This document shows positions 9,326-17,857 of a stretch of DNA of 39,885 nucleotides, in pieces. The stretch spans positions 1 to 39,885 of the forward strand of contig CBFIGY010000028.1 in assembly GCA_965662235.1 (NCBI GenBank), read 5' to 3'. This stretch comes from an uncultured bacterium. Its GTDB lineage: Bacteria; SAR324; NAC60-12. Position 1 is the stretch's first letter, and the number at the start of each line of letters is the position of its first letter. The position numbers and the translations under genes were made by a program. The notes beneath the pieces were generated by a model, which had not been told where the DNA came from, ran no database searches, and saw nothing but the letters and a program-made list of their open reading frames with translations.

Positions 9326-9988
9326 ATGCCCCCTTTCAAGCTTGCCCCCTCCATTCTTTCTGCAAACTTTGCCCGCTTGGGAGACGACGTTCAGGCGGCT
9401 GAGGCCGCTGGTGCAGACTACCTTCATTTCGATGTCATGGACGGCCACTTTGTCCCCAACATCACCATTGGCCCCCTGGTCGCACAGGCCCTCTTTCCCC
9501 TCACAAAGCTCCCCCTGGATGTCCACTTAATGATTGAAGCTCCCGACCGCTTCCTTGAGGACTTTGCCCAAGCCGGCGCCTCCATTTTGACCGTTCACTG
9601 GGAAACCTGCCCCCACCTGCACCGGACCATTCAACGCATCAAGCAACTGGGGGTGCGTGCCGGAGTGAGCCTCAATCCAGCCACCCCTGTTTCTGTGCTT
9701 GAAGAAATTCTTCCTGACCTCGACCTGGTGCTGCTGATGTCCGTTAATCCCGGATTTGGTGGGCAGTCTTACATTCCACAAAGCACTCAAAAGATCAGGA
9801 AGTTAAGGGAGATGATTGACGCAACTTCCAGCACCGCAGAGCTTGAGGTCGACGGAGGCATCAACACCAAAACCCTGCCGGAAGTGGTTGCTGCAGGCGC
9901 CGATGTTCTGGTCGCAGGCTCCGCCGTCTTTAACGCCGAACGGAGCATTGCCGAGAACCTCCAGTTGCTGCGCCAAAGCCTCGCCTAG
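9326..9988 (+). CDS. rpe: Ribulose-phosphate 3-epimerase
   Basis: LAPSILSANF, HFDVMDGHFVPNITIG, DVHLMI, MSVNPGFGGQ, EVDGGI, VAGSAVF. Confidence 0.97.
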   Translation: MPPFKLAPSILSANFARLGDDVQAAEAAGADYLHFDVMDGHFVPNITIGPLVAQALFPLTKLPLDVHLMIEAPDRFLEDFAQAGASILTVHWETCPHLHRTIQRIKQLGVRAGVSLNPATPVSVLEEILPDLDLVLLMSVNPGFGGQSYIPQSTQKIRKLREMIDATSSTAELEVDGGINTKTLPEVVAAGADVLVAGSAVFNAERSIAENLQLLRQSLA

Positions 9989-10027
9989 GCCCCCCAGATC
10001 AGGGCGCTCACCCCCCGCTTACTTTTC

Positions 10028-10060
10028 CCAGACTGAAGCTCCTTCCCCCTTCAGTCTGGG
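10028..10060 (+). terminator. Strong hairpin downstream of rpe
   Basis: CCCAGACTGAAG-N9-CTTCAGTCTGGG perfect 12-bp stem; no canonical U-tract. Confidence 0.45.
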
Positions 10061-10304
10061 CATTGCTCCACTATTACAAATTTATACATTTCAAACAAAG
10101 CAGACCTCCTTTCTCAGGCGCTTCCTCTAGTTTTTGTCACACGGGTCACAAATCCACACGGCCTCGATTGCACCGATTTTTAAAATAATACTTGAATCTG
10201 TGCGACGTTACCCGTAATTACTATTTACAAGAAGCAACCAAGCCGACCCGGGTTGCTTCGGCATTCTCAACACACTTAACGAATTCTGAAAAGGAGATCC
10301 TGAA

Positions 10305-10661
10305 ATGGAAATGACGGCCAAAGAAGCTCAAAAGTTTATGGACGAAGTTGAAAAGCTGGCGGGTCAAATGACCGAAGGCGCCACCGCTCGGACCATGAAG
10401 ATGACGCCGGCCAAGCTCAACCGGAAGATGATTGATGCGTGCCGGATGCTCAGCAAAGTCCCGCCGACGTTTTCCAGCAAGCGCAAGCCTCGCGTGTCCA
10501 AGCGTGGACACTACGACCAGATCCGGACGTCCGGACGCGGAGGTGCCTCCAAGCGGGTGCCGATTCCCTCCTACGTGTTTGACACCCTGGGTTGGGAAGC
10601 AGGCGACCGCGTGAAGATTTACAAGTCGGGCAAGAACAAAATTGTCATTGAGAGGGTCTAA
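10305..10661 (+). CDS. AbrB/MazE/SpoVT-like DNA-binding protein with N-terminal extension
   Basis: C-terminal RVPIPSYVFDTLGWEAGDRVKIYKSGKNKIVIERV fits the swapped-hairpin pattern (IP-x6-LG-x3-GD-x-V); AAGGAG RBS. Confidence 0.75.
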   Translation: MEMTAKEAQKFMDEVEKLAGQMTEGATARTMKMTPAKLNRKMIDACRMLSKVPPTFSSKRKPRVSKRGHYDQIRTSGRGGASKRVPIPSYVFDTLGWEAGDRVKIYKSGKNKIVIERV

Positions 10662-10736
10662 CCCACCTTCCTTCTTGTTACAGTACGGAGATCCCCCCTC
10701 CGTACTGGCCCCTCCTCTTTTTCTCAAGTGTACCCC

Positions 10737-11738
10737 ATGAATCTTGTGCATCGTCCCCGTCGTCTGCGTCGGACCGCTCCCATCCGTTCTCTGGTCCGGG
10801 AAACCCTCTTGGTGCCACAGCAGCTGATCTACCCCATCTTTGTCACCGAAGGCACCGGCGTCCGGGATCCCATTGACACCATGCCCGGACAGTTTCGCCT
10901 CTCCATTGATGAGGTGGTCCGAGAGTGTGAGGAGTTGATTCAACTTGGAATCGGCGCGGTGAACCTGTTCGGCTACTCTCCCATGAAGGACCTCACCGGA
11001 AAGTCAGCATGGGACCCGGCAGGGCTCATTCCCAGCTGCGTCCGAGCGATTCGGCAGGCGTACCCGGACTTCTGCATTCAGACTGATGTGGCGCTCGACC
11101 CCTACACCCCACACGGACACGATGGTCTGGTGCGCAACGGAGAGATTGTCAACGATGAAACCGTTGAGGCCTTGGTGCGCATGGCCCTCTGTCACGCGGA
11201 AGCGGGGGTGGACTGGGTGGCGCCTTCCGACATGATGGACGGGCGCATTGGAGCACTGCGAGAGGCGCTGGACGCCCATGGTCATGAACACGTGGGCCTC
11301 CTGGCCTACTCTGCGAAGTACGCCTCCTGCTTCTATGGTCCCTTCCGTGGCGCCCTGGATTCGGCTCCCAAGTCCTCCGGTGCTCCGAAGGACAAGAAGA
11401 CCTACCAGATGGACCCGGCCAACCTCCGGGAAGCCCTGCGCGAGGTGGCCTTGGACATTGAGGAAGGGGCGGACGTGGTCATGGTGAAGCCGGCCCTCGC
11501 CTACCTTGATGTCATCCGGGCTGTCCGGGAAGAGTTTGACGTCCCGGTTGCCGCCTACAACGTCTCCGGAGAGTACGCCATGGTCCTCGCCTCCGCTGAG
11601 CGGGGCTGGGTTGAGAAGGACCGGGCCATGATGGAAATCCTCTTTTCCATCCGCCGCGCGGGCGCGGACATGATCCTGACCTACTTTGCCAAGGAGGCCG
11701 CGCAACTCCTCCGTGACCAGTACACCGACTTCAGCTGA
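10737..11738 (+). CDS. hemB: Porphobilinogen synthase
   Basis: RPRRLR, DVALDPYTPHGHDG, APSDMMDGRI, YSAKYASCFYGPFR, YQMDPAN, MVKPALAYLD, AYNVSGEY. Confidence 0.97.
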   Translation: MNLVHRPRRLRRTAPIRSLVRETLLVPQQLIYPIFVTEGTGVRDPIDTMPGQFRLSIDEVVRECEELIQLGIGAVNLFGYSPMKDLTGKSAWDPAGLIPSCVRAIRQAYPDFCIQTDVALDPYTPHGHDGLVRNGEIVNDETVEALVRMALCHAEAGVDWVAPSDMMDGRIGALREALDAHGHEHVGLLAYSAKYASCFYGPFRGALDSAPKSSGAPKDKKTYQMDPANLREALREVALDIEEGADVVMVKPALAYLDVIRAVREEFDVPVAAYNVSGEYAMVLASAERGWVEKDRAMMEILFSIRRAGADMILTYFAKEAAQLLRDQYTDFS

Positions 11739-11743
11739 TCCCC

Positions 11744-13054
11744 ATGCCTGCTACCCTCACCATCCGCAACGCCCAGGTGGTTCTGCCTGGACAGGTTCAG
11801 TCCACCGACGTCCTTGTGGAAGACGGCCGCATCGCCGCCATTGGTTCCGGGCTGCCCGACCGAGGCGAGGTCATTGACGCGTCCGGCCTTCACTTGCTTC
11901 CCGGGGTCATTGACCCTCAGGTTCACTTCCGGGAACCTGGAAACGGTCACAAGGAAGACCTGCGTTCAGGGTCCCGAGCTGCTGCAGCCGGAGGCGTGAC
12001 CGCTTTTCTGGACATGCCCAACAACACGCCGTCGGTCATCACCCGCGAGCGCATGGCAGAAAAGAAGGCCCGGGCCGCTGAGCAGTGCGTGGTTCACTAC
12101 GGCTTCTTCATGGGGGCAACCTGTGACAACCTAGAAGAACTCAATGCCGTGGAAAACGTCTGCGGCATCAAGATCTTCATGGGCGCCTCCACCGGAGACC
12201 TGCTGGTGGATGACCCAAAGGCTCTGGAACGCATCTTCGCCAACGGCACCCGCCTGATCGCCGTGCACGCCGAGGATGAATCGGTGCTCCGGGACAACAA
12301 GGCCCTGCTGGGAGACTTCGCGGACGTTCGGGCCCATTCACGGATCCGTGATGAGTCGGCAGCCCTCCGGGCCACGCAGTTGGCAGTCGGGCTCTCGCTC
12401 AAGTACCAGCGTCGCCTGCACATCCTTCACCTGACCACTGAAGAGGAATGCGTCTTCCTCCGGACCCTTCCGCAGGGGCACCGCATCACCACCGAAGTCT
12501 GCCCCCAGCACTTCACCCTCACGGTTCCGGAGTGCTACGACGAACTGGGGACTCGTGCGCAGATGAACCCACCCGTCCGGACCCGTCGACACGCCGATGC
12601 CCTCTGGCAGGCCCTCAAGGAAGGCACCATCGCCTGCATCGCCACCGACCATGCGCCCCACACGCTGGAGGAGAAGAACCAGCCTTACGGTAAGGCGCCC
12701 TCGGGCATGCCTGGGGTTGAAACGTCTCTGCCCCTCATGCTGGACCGCTGCCATCAGGGACACTGCACCCTTCCGGACATTGCCCGTTGGATGTCGGAAG
12801 CCCCCGCGGAGCTGTACCAGATCCGCAACAAGGGACGCATTCAGGTGGGGTATGACGCCGACCTCGTCCTCGTCGACCTCCAGCAGCGCAAGACGGTCAC
12901 CAACGGGGAACTCTTCACCAAGGTCAACTGGTCTCCGTACCATGGGCGGACCTTCCAGGGATGGCCGGTCCGGACCTTCATCCTCGGCGAAACCGTCTTT
13001 CAGGATGGACAGGTCGATGACTCCCGCCGCGGGCAACCGCTGCAGTTCGGCTGA
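11744..13054 (+). CDS. pyrC: Dihydroorotase
   Basis: IDPQVHFREPG, DMPNN, KIFMGAS, VHAEDE, HILHL, MNPPVR, ATDHAPH, GMPGVE, GYDADL. Confidence 0.88.
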   Translation: MPATLTIRNAQVVLPGQVQSTDVLVEDGRIAAIGSGLPDRGEVIDASGLHLLPGVIDPQVHFREPGNGHKEDLRSGSRAAAAGGVTAFLDMPNNTPSVITRERMAEKKARAAEQCVVHYGFFMGATCDNLEELNAVENVCGIKIFMGASTGDLLVDDPKALERIFANGTRLIAVHAEDESVLRDNKALLGDFADVRAHSRIRDESAALRATQLAVGLSLKYQRRLHILHLTTEEECVFLRTLPQGHRITTEVCPQHFTLTVPECYDELGTRAQMNPPVRTRRHADALWQALKEGTIACIATDHAPHTLEEKNQPYGKAPSGMPGVETSLPLMLDRCHQGHCTLPDIARWMSEAPAELYQIRNKGRIQVGYDADLVLVDLQQRKTVTNGELFTKVNWSPYHGRTFQGWPVRTFILGETVFQDGQVDDSRRGQPLQFG

Positions 13055-13064
13055 CCCACCTCCG

Positions 13065-13093
13065 TTCATTGTTTGCATTTTGATAACAATGAA
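13065..13093. promoter_or_regulatory. Inverted repeat TTCATTGTT-N11-AACAATGAA, LysR-type (T-N11-A) operator candidate
   Basis: Perfect 9-bp arms in an AT-rich patch upstream of the DoxX-pirin operon. Confidence 0.55.
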
Positions 13094-13203
13094 TTGATTA
13101 TCTCAGCAGTTGTTCTCTCCTCGTTTCACGGCATACTGTAGGAAAGTGTTTGGAGCCTCTCCGGAGGCTCTGTTGAGTTTTCCTCTTTCCCGCACCCCGC
13201 CGT

Positions 13204-13593
13204 ATGGTCCAGAAATTCCCCATGATCGCCCGCCTCCTGCTGGGCTTGATCTACACCGCCAGCGCCCTTGGCAAGCTATTCGCTGCAGCACCTCCTCCTG
13301 AAAGCGAGCAGGCCTTGCAGTTTCTGGAGCTCCTCATGAGCTCTGGAATCATGCTCTTCATCGCCTTGGTCGAACTCCTGGGCGGCTTGGCGCTGCTCTC
13401 CGGCTTCTTTGCCCCGCTGGCACTGGTGATCCTTTCCCCCATCACCGTGATGATCTTCCTTTACCACACCACCATGGACCCGATGGGACTGCCGGTAGCG
13501 ATGATGCTGATCGCCTTGACGCTGGTGGCCGCCCACGGCTTCCGGGACCTCTACCTTCCCATCATGCGACCTCGGTTGCCCCAAAAGGACTAG
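13204..13593 (+). CDS. DoxX family membrane protein
   Basis: ARLLLGLIY...GKLF, VELLGGLALLSG, ALVILSPITVMIFLYH; four hydrophobic segments. Confidence 0.85.
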   Translation: MVQKFPMIARLLLGLIYTASALGKLFAAAPPPESEQALQFLELLMSSGIMLFIALVELLGGLALLSGFFAPLALVILSPITVMIFLYHTTMDPMGLPVAMMLIALTLVAAHGFRDLYLPIMRPRLPQKD

Positions 13594-13601
13594 GAGTTGC
13601 C

Positions 13602-14303
13602 ATGTACTCAATCCGCCGTGCCGATGAACGCGGACACGTTCAGCTGGACTGGCTGGACAGCCGCCACACCTTCTCATTTGGGCATTACTACGACCCTCGT
13701 TTCATGGGCTTCAGCACCCTCCGGGTGATCAATGACGACCGCATTGCCCCCGGAGGAGGCTTTCCCATGCATGGGCATGAGGACATGGAGATCATCACCT
13801 ACATGATCTCAGGCACCCTGGCCCACAAGGACAGCATGGGCAATGAGGAATTCATCCGCCCTGGAGAGATTCAGCGCATGAGCGCCGGAACCGGAGTCCG
13901 GCACAGTGAATTCAACGCCTCACCGACCGAACCGGCTCACCTGCTGCAGATCTGGATTCAGCCCGGCACCAAGGGGCTTGCCCCCGGATACGAACAGAAG
14001 CGGGTCCGCGACGTTGTTCAGCCCGGAAGGCTGGGGCTCGTTGTTGCTCCAGAAGGAGAAGGTGGCGCCTTGACCATGCACACCGATGCCCGGCTCTATG
14101 CAGGAGTGCTGGAGGCCAACACCGGACTTGAGCACGTTCTTCCTGCCGAACGCAGCGCGTGGCTGCATGTGGTGGACGGAAGTCTGGCCCTGTTTGGCGA
14201 AACGCTTCATGCTGGAGATGCCTTAGCCCTTAAGGAAGAATCCACCCTCTCCGTCCGTGCCGAAACGGACGTGGAGTTTTTGCTCTTTGACTTACCCTCA
14301 TGA
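13602..14303 (+). CDS. Pirin family protein (YhhW-like)
   Basis: WLDSRHTFSFGHYYDP, LRVINDD, HGHEDMEIITY, HKDSMGN, MSAGTGVRHSE, LQIWI. Confidence 0.95.
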   Translation: MYSIRRADERGHVQLDWLDSRHTFSFGHYYDPRFMGFSTLRVINDDRIAPGGGFPMHGHEDMEIITYMISGTLAHKDSMGNEEFIRPGEIQRMSAGTGVRHSEFNASPTEPAHLLQIWIQPGTKGLAPGYEQKRVRDVVQPGRLGLVVAPEGEGGALTMHTDARLYAGVLEANTGLEHVLPAERSAWLHVVDGSLALFGETLHAGDALALKEESTLSVRAETDVEFLLFDLPS

Positions 14304-14307
14304 ACTC

Positions 14308-14904
14308 ATGGAAAAACCAGCCAACACCTCTGTTTCTCTGATTGACCCCATCCGGAACCGTTGGAGCCCCCGGGCTTTTGACGCAAGCCGTCCCGTGCCG
14401 GACGAGGTGCTGCTGCAGCTGTTTGAAGCCGCCCGCTGGGCGCCCTCCTGCAACAACTCCCAGGCCTGGAACTTTGTGGTCGCCACTCAGGAAGAGCCCG
14501 CATTTGCCGACCTCCTGGAGTGTCTGGTTCCCGGAAACCGCGTTTGGGCCGAAGCCGCGCCGGTGCTGGTGCTCGCCGCCGCAGAGAAGCACTTCAGCTT
14601 CAACGGCAAGCCCAACGCCTACGCCCGGCATGACGTCGGCCTTGCCCTTGGGAATCTGCTGGCTCAGGCCACAGCGCTGGGCGTTCAGGGGCACCTGATG
14701 GCCGGGTTCTCTGCCGAGACGGCTCAGGAGAAGCTGCAGATCCCAGACACTCATGACCCTGTGACCATGCTGGCGCTGGGCTACCCTGGTGACCCGGCGT
14801 CGCTTTCGGAAACGCTGCAGGAGCGTGAGCGCGGAGAGCGCATCCGGAAGCCCCTAGAGTCCTTTGTCTTTCGGGGCCGTTTTGGGCAACCCCGAACCTT
14901 TTAA
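14308..14904 (+). CDS. Nitroreductase family protein
   Basis: [43 protein letters not shown]. Confidence 0.93.
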   Translation: MEKPANTSVSLIDPIRNRWSPRAFDASRPVPDEVLLQLFEAARWAPSCNNSQAWNFVVATQEEPAFADLLECLVPGNRVWAEAAPVLVLAAAEKHFSFNGKPNAYARHDVGLALGNLLAQATALGVQGHLMAGFSAETAQEKLQIPDTHDPVTMLALGYPGDPASLSETLQERERGERIRKPLESFVFRGRFGQPRTF

Positions 14905-14912
14905 TCCCCCCT

Positions 14913-14940
14913 GCCGTCTCGCCAGAGGCGGTTTTTTCTT
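14913..14940 (+). terminator. Rho-independent terminator-like hairpin between nitroreductase and wrbA
   Basis: GCCGTCTC-GCCA-GAGGCGGT stem (with G-U pairs) followed by a T-run. Confidence 0.55.
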
Positions 14941-14960
14941 CACTCTTGATTGAGAAACCG

Positions 14961-15572
14961 ATGAAAGTTCTGATCCCGTTTTACTCCACCTACGGACACA
15001 TCTACCACCTTGCCCAGGCGGTTGCAGAGGGCGTTCAGGCCGTTCCCGGCGCCGAGGCCCACCTGCGTCGTGTTCCTGAGACACTGCCTCAGGAAGTGCT
15101 GGAAGCCATGTATGCCGTGGAGGCCCAGAAGGCCTTTGCCGACGTTCCGGTGGCCACCGTTGAGGAGCTGGGAGAAGCCGATGCCCTGATCTTCGGAACC
15201 CCCACCCGGTTCGGAATGATGTCTGCCCAGATGAAGCAGTTCCTGGATGCCACCGGCGCCCTGTGGATGCAGGGAAAGCTCGTGGGCAAGGTCGGAAGCG
15301 TCTTCACCAGCGCAGCCAACCAGCACGGAGGCCTGGAGTCCACGCTGCTCAGTTTCCACACCTCCCTGCTGCACCACGGCATGGTCATCGCTGGACTGCC
15401 CTACGCTTTCCAGGGACAGATGGGGGTGGATGAGATCAAGGGAGGCTCTCCCTATGGCGCTTCCACCATTGCGGGTGCCGACGGAAGTCGCCTGCCCAGC
15501 GAGGCAGACCTAGCCGGAGCACGCTTCCAGGGACAGTATGTTGCTGAGCTGGCGTCTAAGCTGACGCGTTGA
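14961..15572 (+). CDS. wrbA: NAD(P)H:quinone oxidoreductase, WrbA type
   Basis: [43 protein letters not shown]. Confidence 0.95.
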   Translation: MKVLIPFYSTYGHIYHLAQAVAEGVQAVPGAEAHLRRVPETLPQEVLEAMYAVEAQKAFADVPVATVEELGEADALIFGTPTRFGMMSAQMKQFLDATGALWMQGKLVGKVGSVFTSAANQHGGLESTLLSFHTSLLHHGMVIAGLPYAFQGQMGVDEIKGGSPYGASTIAGADGSRLPSEADLAGARFQGQYVAELASKLTR

Positions 15573-15588
15573 GGCAGGTAGCGGGTTG

Positions 15589-15610
15589 ACCTGAGGGGGG
15601 ATTCCTCAGG
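15589..15610. terminator. Hairpin between the convergent wrbA and acetyltransferase genes
   Basis: CCTGAGG...CCTCAGG inverted repeat within the 44-nt convergent gap. Confidence 0.4.
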
Positions 15611-15616
15611 AACCTG

Positions 15617-16075
15617 CTATTGAGAAAGGACCGGGAGGTCAAAGTGCAGGACGTCCTCCCGGAGTCCCAGCTTGCTGTAAAGGGAAATCGCTGGCGTGTC
15701 TCCTTCATCCGCCTGCACAAACACCACGTAGGCGCCCCGTGACGCCGCCCAGCGTTGTGCTTCTGCAATCAACGCTGTCGCCACCCCCTGACGCCTCATC
15801 GACTCTGCAACAGCCAAGTCGTAGAGGTAGACCTCACTCCGCTCCTGTTCAAACTTCCGGAGCTCATAAGCCACCAGTCCTCCGATCACCTGCTCCTCCT
15901 GGCAGGCTGCCAGAGCACAGAAGGTTGGGTCCCTCAGCAACGCCTTCAGGTAGGCGGGACGCGGACGGTTGCGCCCATAGGTGTCTTCCTCGTCAAACAC
16001 GCGCCCAAACAGGTCCAGCAACGGATCCATCAAGGCAGACGACTCCGCGGTCAAGCGGCGCAGGGTCCAGCTCAT
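15617..16075 (-). CDS. AAC(3)-I-like aminoglycoside 3-N-acetyltransferase (GNAT)
   Basis: GGLVAYELRKFEQERSEVYLYDLAVAESMRRQGVATALI and AYVVFVQADEGDTPAISLYSKLGLREDVLHFD closely follow the AAC(3)-I consensus. Confidence 0.85.
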   Translation of the reverse strand: MSWTLRRLTAESSALMDPLLDLFGRVFDEEDTYGRNRPRPAYLKALLRDPTFCALAACQEEQVIGGLVAYELRKFEQERSEVYLYDLAVAESMRRQGVATALIAEAQRWAASRGAYVVFVQADEGDTPAISLYSKLGLREDVLHFDLPVLSQ

Positions 16076-16137
16076 GATCGGTGTCAGGAAAAAAAGAGGA
16101 GAGGTCCGGCCGCGTTTGAAGGCGACCGGAGGGGAGG

Positions 16138-17439
16138 TCAGGCAGGCACCCGATGAACGGTTGCCGGCTGATCAAGTAGCTGCAGCTTGAGGCGGAGTCC
16201 TTCGCGACGTTCGGCACAGCTGAGGGACTTTTCGTGCTGGCCCTGAAACCGGTACTGGGTTTCCAGCAGGCCGAGGATCACCACCATCTGCCGGGCCTTT
16301 TCCAAGGAACTCACCCCAGAGGTTTTGAGGGCCTCCATGCCAAAGTGCAGGTGCTGCATCGCCTGCTCATTCTCCTCGCGGATGGCATGGTTCTGAGCCA
16401 TGTGCGTGTGCGCCCGAGCGACATTGGGAAATCCGGATGCGCTGATCGCATGAGCATAGTGCACATTGGCCCGCTGTGCCAGACTGGCCACCGTCTTGCT
16501 GAGGGCCACCGGTCCGGTGCCATTGAGGGGCAGGAGCGGGTGGTCGGGGTGCCGGAGGTTGTAACGGTGCACAAACGCCTGCAGCTTTCCGGAATCCAGC
16601 ACCTGCTTGCGCTCCTCCTTGCCGGCCACCACGGCCGCATGGAAGTCAACCAGCTGCTGAAAGAGCAGTCCCTTGCGAAACGCCAGCTCTCCCTGCTGCC
16701 GAGCCGAGAGCGCCTTTTGCTGCTTCAGCAGCACCCGCTCAAACTCCAGCATCTGCACATACGCTTCATAGTACCGTCCTCCCTGAAGGTAGAGCCGCGC
16801 CAAGCGGTTCCGGAAGTTCGGGGTCTCCGGATCACGACGTTGCAGCCGCGCAGCTAGCATTTCCTCATGAACCTCGTGCTCCGTGTGATACGGCACCGGA
16901 TTCAGGGGCTTGGCGGCCTTGAGGATGCTGACGCATACGCCTGCGGCACCCGGATTGATGCGGTGTTCCGACTGCTCCACGGCCTGAGAGGCTAGGTCCA
17001 ACGCCTGAAAGAGCAGAAACCGCTGCAGATTCGGATTCTGCTGTTCCCGCGAGGCGGCTTCCAGCACCAGCCGCGCTGTGGCTTCCAGCTTCCCAGCGCC
17101 TTCGTCTCCATCCTTGAGGTAAAGCCGGACACTCTCCTGAAAGAGGGTGCTCCAGAAACTCTGTGAGTGCGACTGTTCCAACTGCTGAGCCACTTGGCAC
17201 AGTGCCGCGCGAGGGGGACGTCCAATCACCCGTGATTTTTGCTGAAGGTCCCGATCAATGAGAGCCTGCACCATTGGCTTGCTGCGTGCGTCATAGGAAA
17301 AGGGCAGGCAAACATCCACCCCCTGACGTCCGGAAGCCTCCTTGGCGGACCCTCCTGTGTCCTCATCGGATTCAGTGGGCAGAGGCTGCTCTGCGGCCAC
17401 CTCCAGCGCCATTCCCTCAATTTGTTCGTCCACCATCAT
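16138..17439 (-). CDS. Hypothetical helical (TPR-like) protein
   Basis: Long ORF (~430 aa) with TPR-like segments (RNRLARLYLQGGRYYEAY); start uncertain (17472, 17439 or 17412). Confidence 0.6.
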   Translation of the reverse strand: MMVDEQIEGMALEVAAEQPLPTESDEDTGGSAKEASGRQGVDVCLPFSYDARSKPMVQALIDRDLQQKSRVIGRPPRAALCQVAQQLEQSHSQSFWSTLFQESVRLYLKDGDEGAGKLEATARLVLEAASREQQNPNLQRFLLFQALDLASQAVEQSEHRINPGAAGVCVSILKAAKPLNPVPYHTEHEVHEEMLAARLQRRDPETPNFRNRLARLYLQGGRYYEAYVQMLEFERVLLKQQKALSARQQGELAFRKGLLFQQLVDFHAAVVAGKEERKQVLDSGKLQAFVHRYNLRHPDHPLLPLNGTGPVALSKTVASLAQRANVHYAHAISASGFPNVARAHTHMAQNHAIREENEQAMQHLHFGMEALKTSGVSSLEKARQMVVILGLLETQYRFQGQHEKSLSCAERREGLRLKLQLLDQPATVHRVPA

Positions 17440-17580
17440 CGAATTTGCACCATTCTGGAATGATCTTGGCAAGAGCGATCAGGTAACCGGATGTGCCGGT
17501 CGTGGGATCACTCGTTCTCGGCAGACTACTGCGAGAAGCGTACCACTGGCATGTTCTTCATCTTTGTCAAGGGATTGCCG

Positions 17581-17838
17581 ATGAAGGATTCAATGGAATG
17601 GACAAATGGGCTGTCAGGCCTGCTGCAGCAACAACCAGGAGTGTTGCTCGGACTGGGGGTGGTCGCCTGCCTCGTGATGATGGTGCTGATCTATCAGAAG
17701 TTCCGGGACGCTCTGCAGCTGCGACGCAGCAAGCAGCAGCTGTTGGAGGAATTGGTGCAGTTTGTGGAGATTGAGGAGTTCTTCCGGGATCGTGGAGAAA
17801 GCACCACGCTCAAGCCACCGGTGCACGAAGCCGCCTGA
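17581..17838 (+). CDS. Small single-pass membrane hypothetical protein
   Basis: One TM (VLLGLGVVACLVMMVLIY) followed by a basic and coiled segment; fills the gap between divergent and convergent neighbours. Confidence 0.55.
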   Translation: MKDSMEWTNGLSGLLQQQPGVLLGLGVVACLVMMVLIYQKFRDALQLRRSKQQLLEELVQFVEIEEFFRDRGESTTLKPPVHEAA

Positions 17839-17857
17839 GCCACCGATGCTCAACGGG

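Noticed and set aside
15573..15616. attC site downstream of the AAC(3)-I-like gene
   Set aside because: The gap is 44 nt with a simple hairpin; there is no paired RYYYAAC/GTTRRRY core arrangement.
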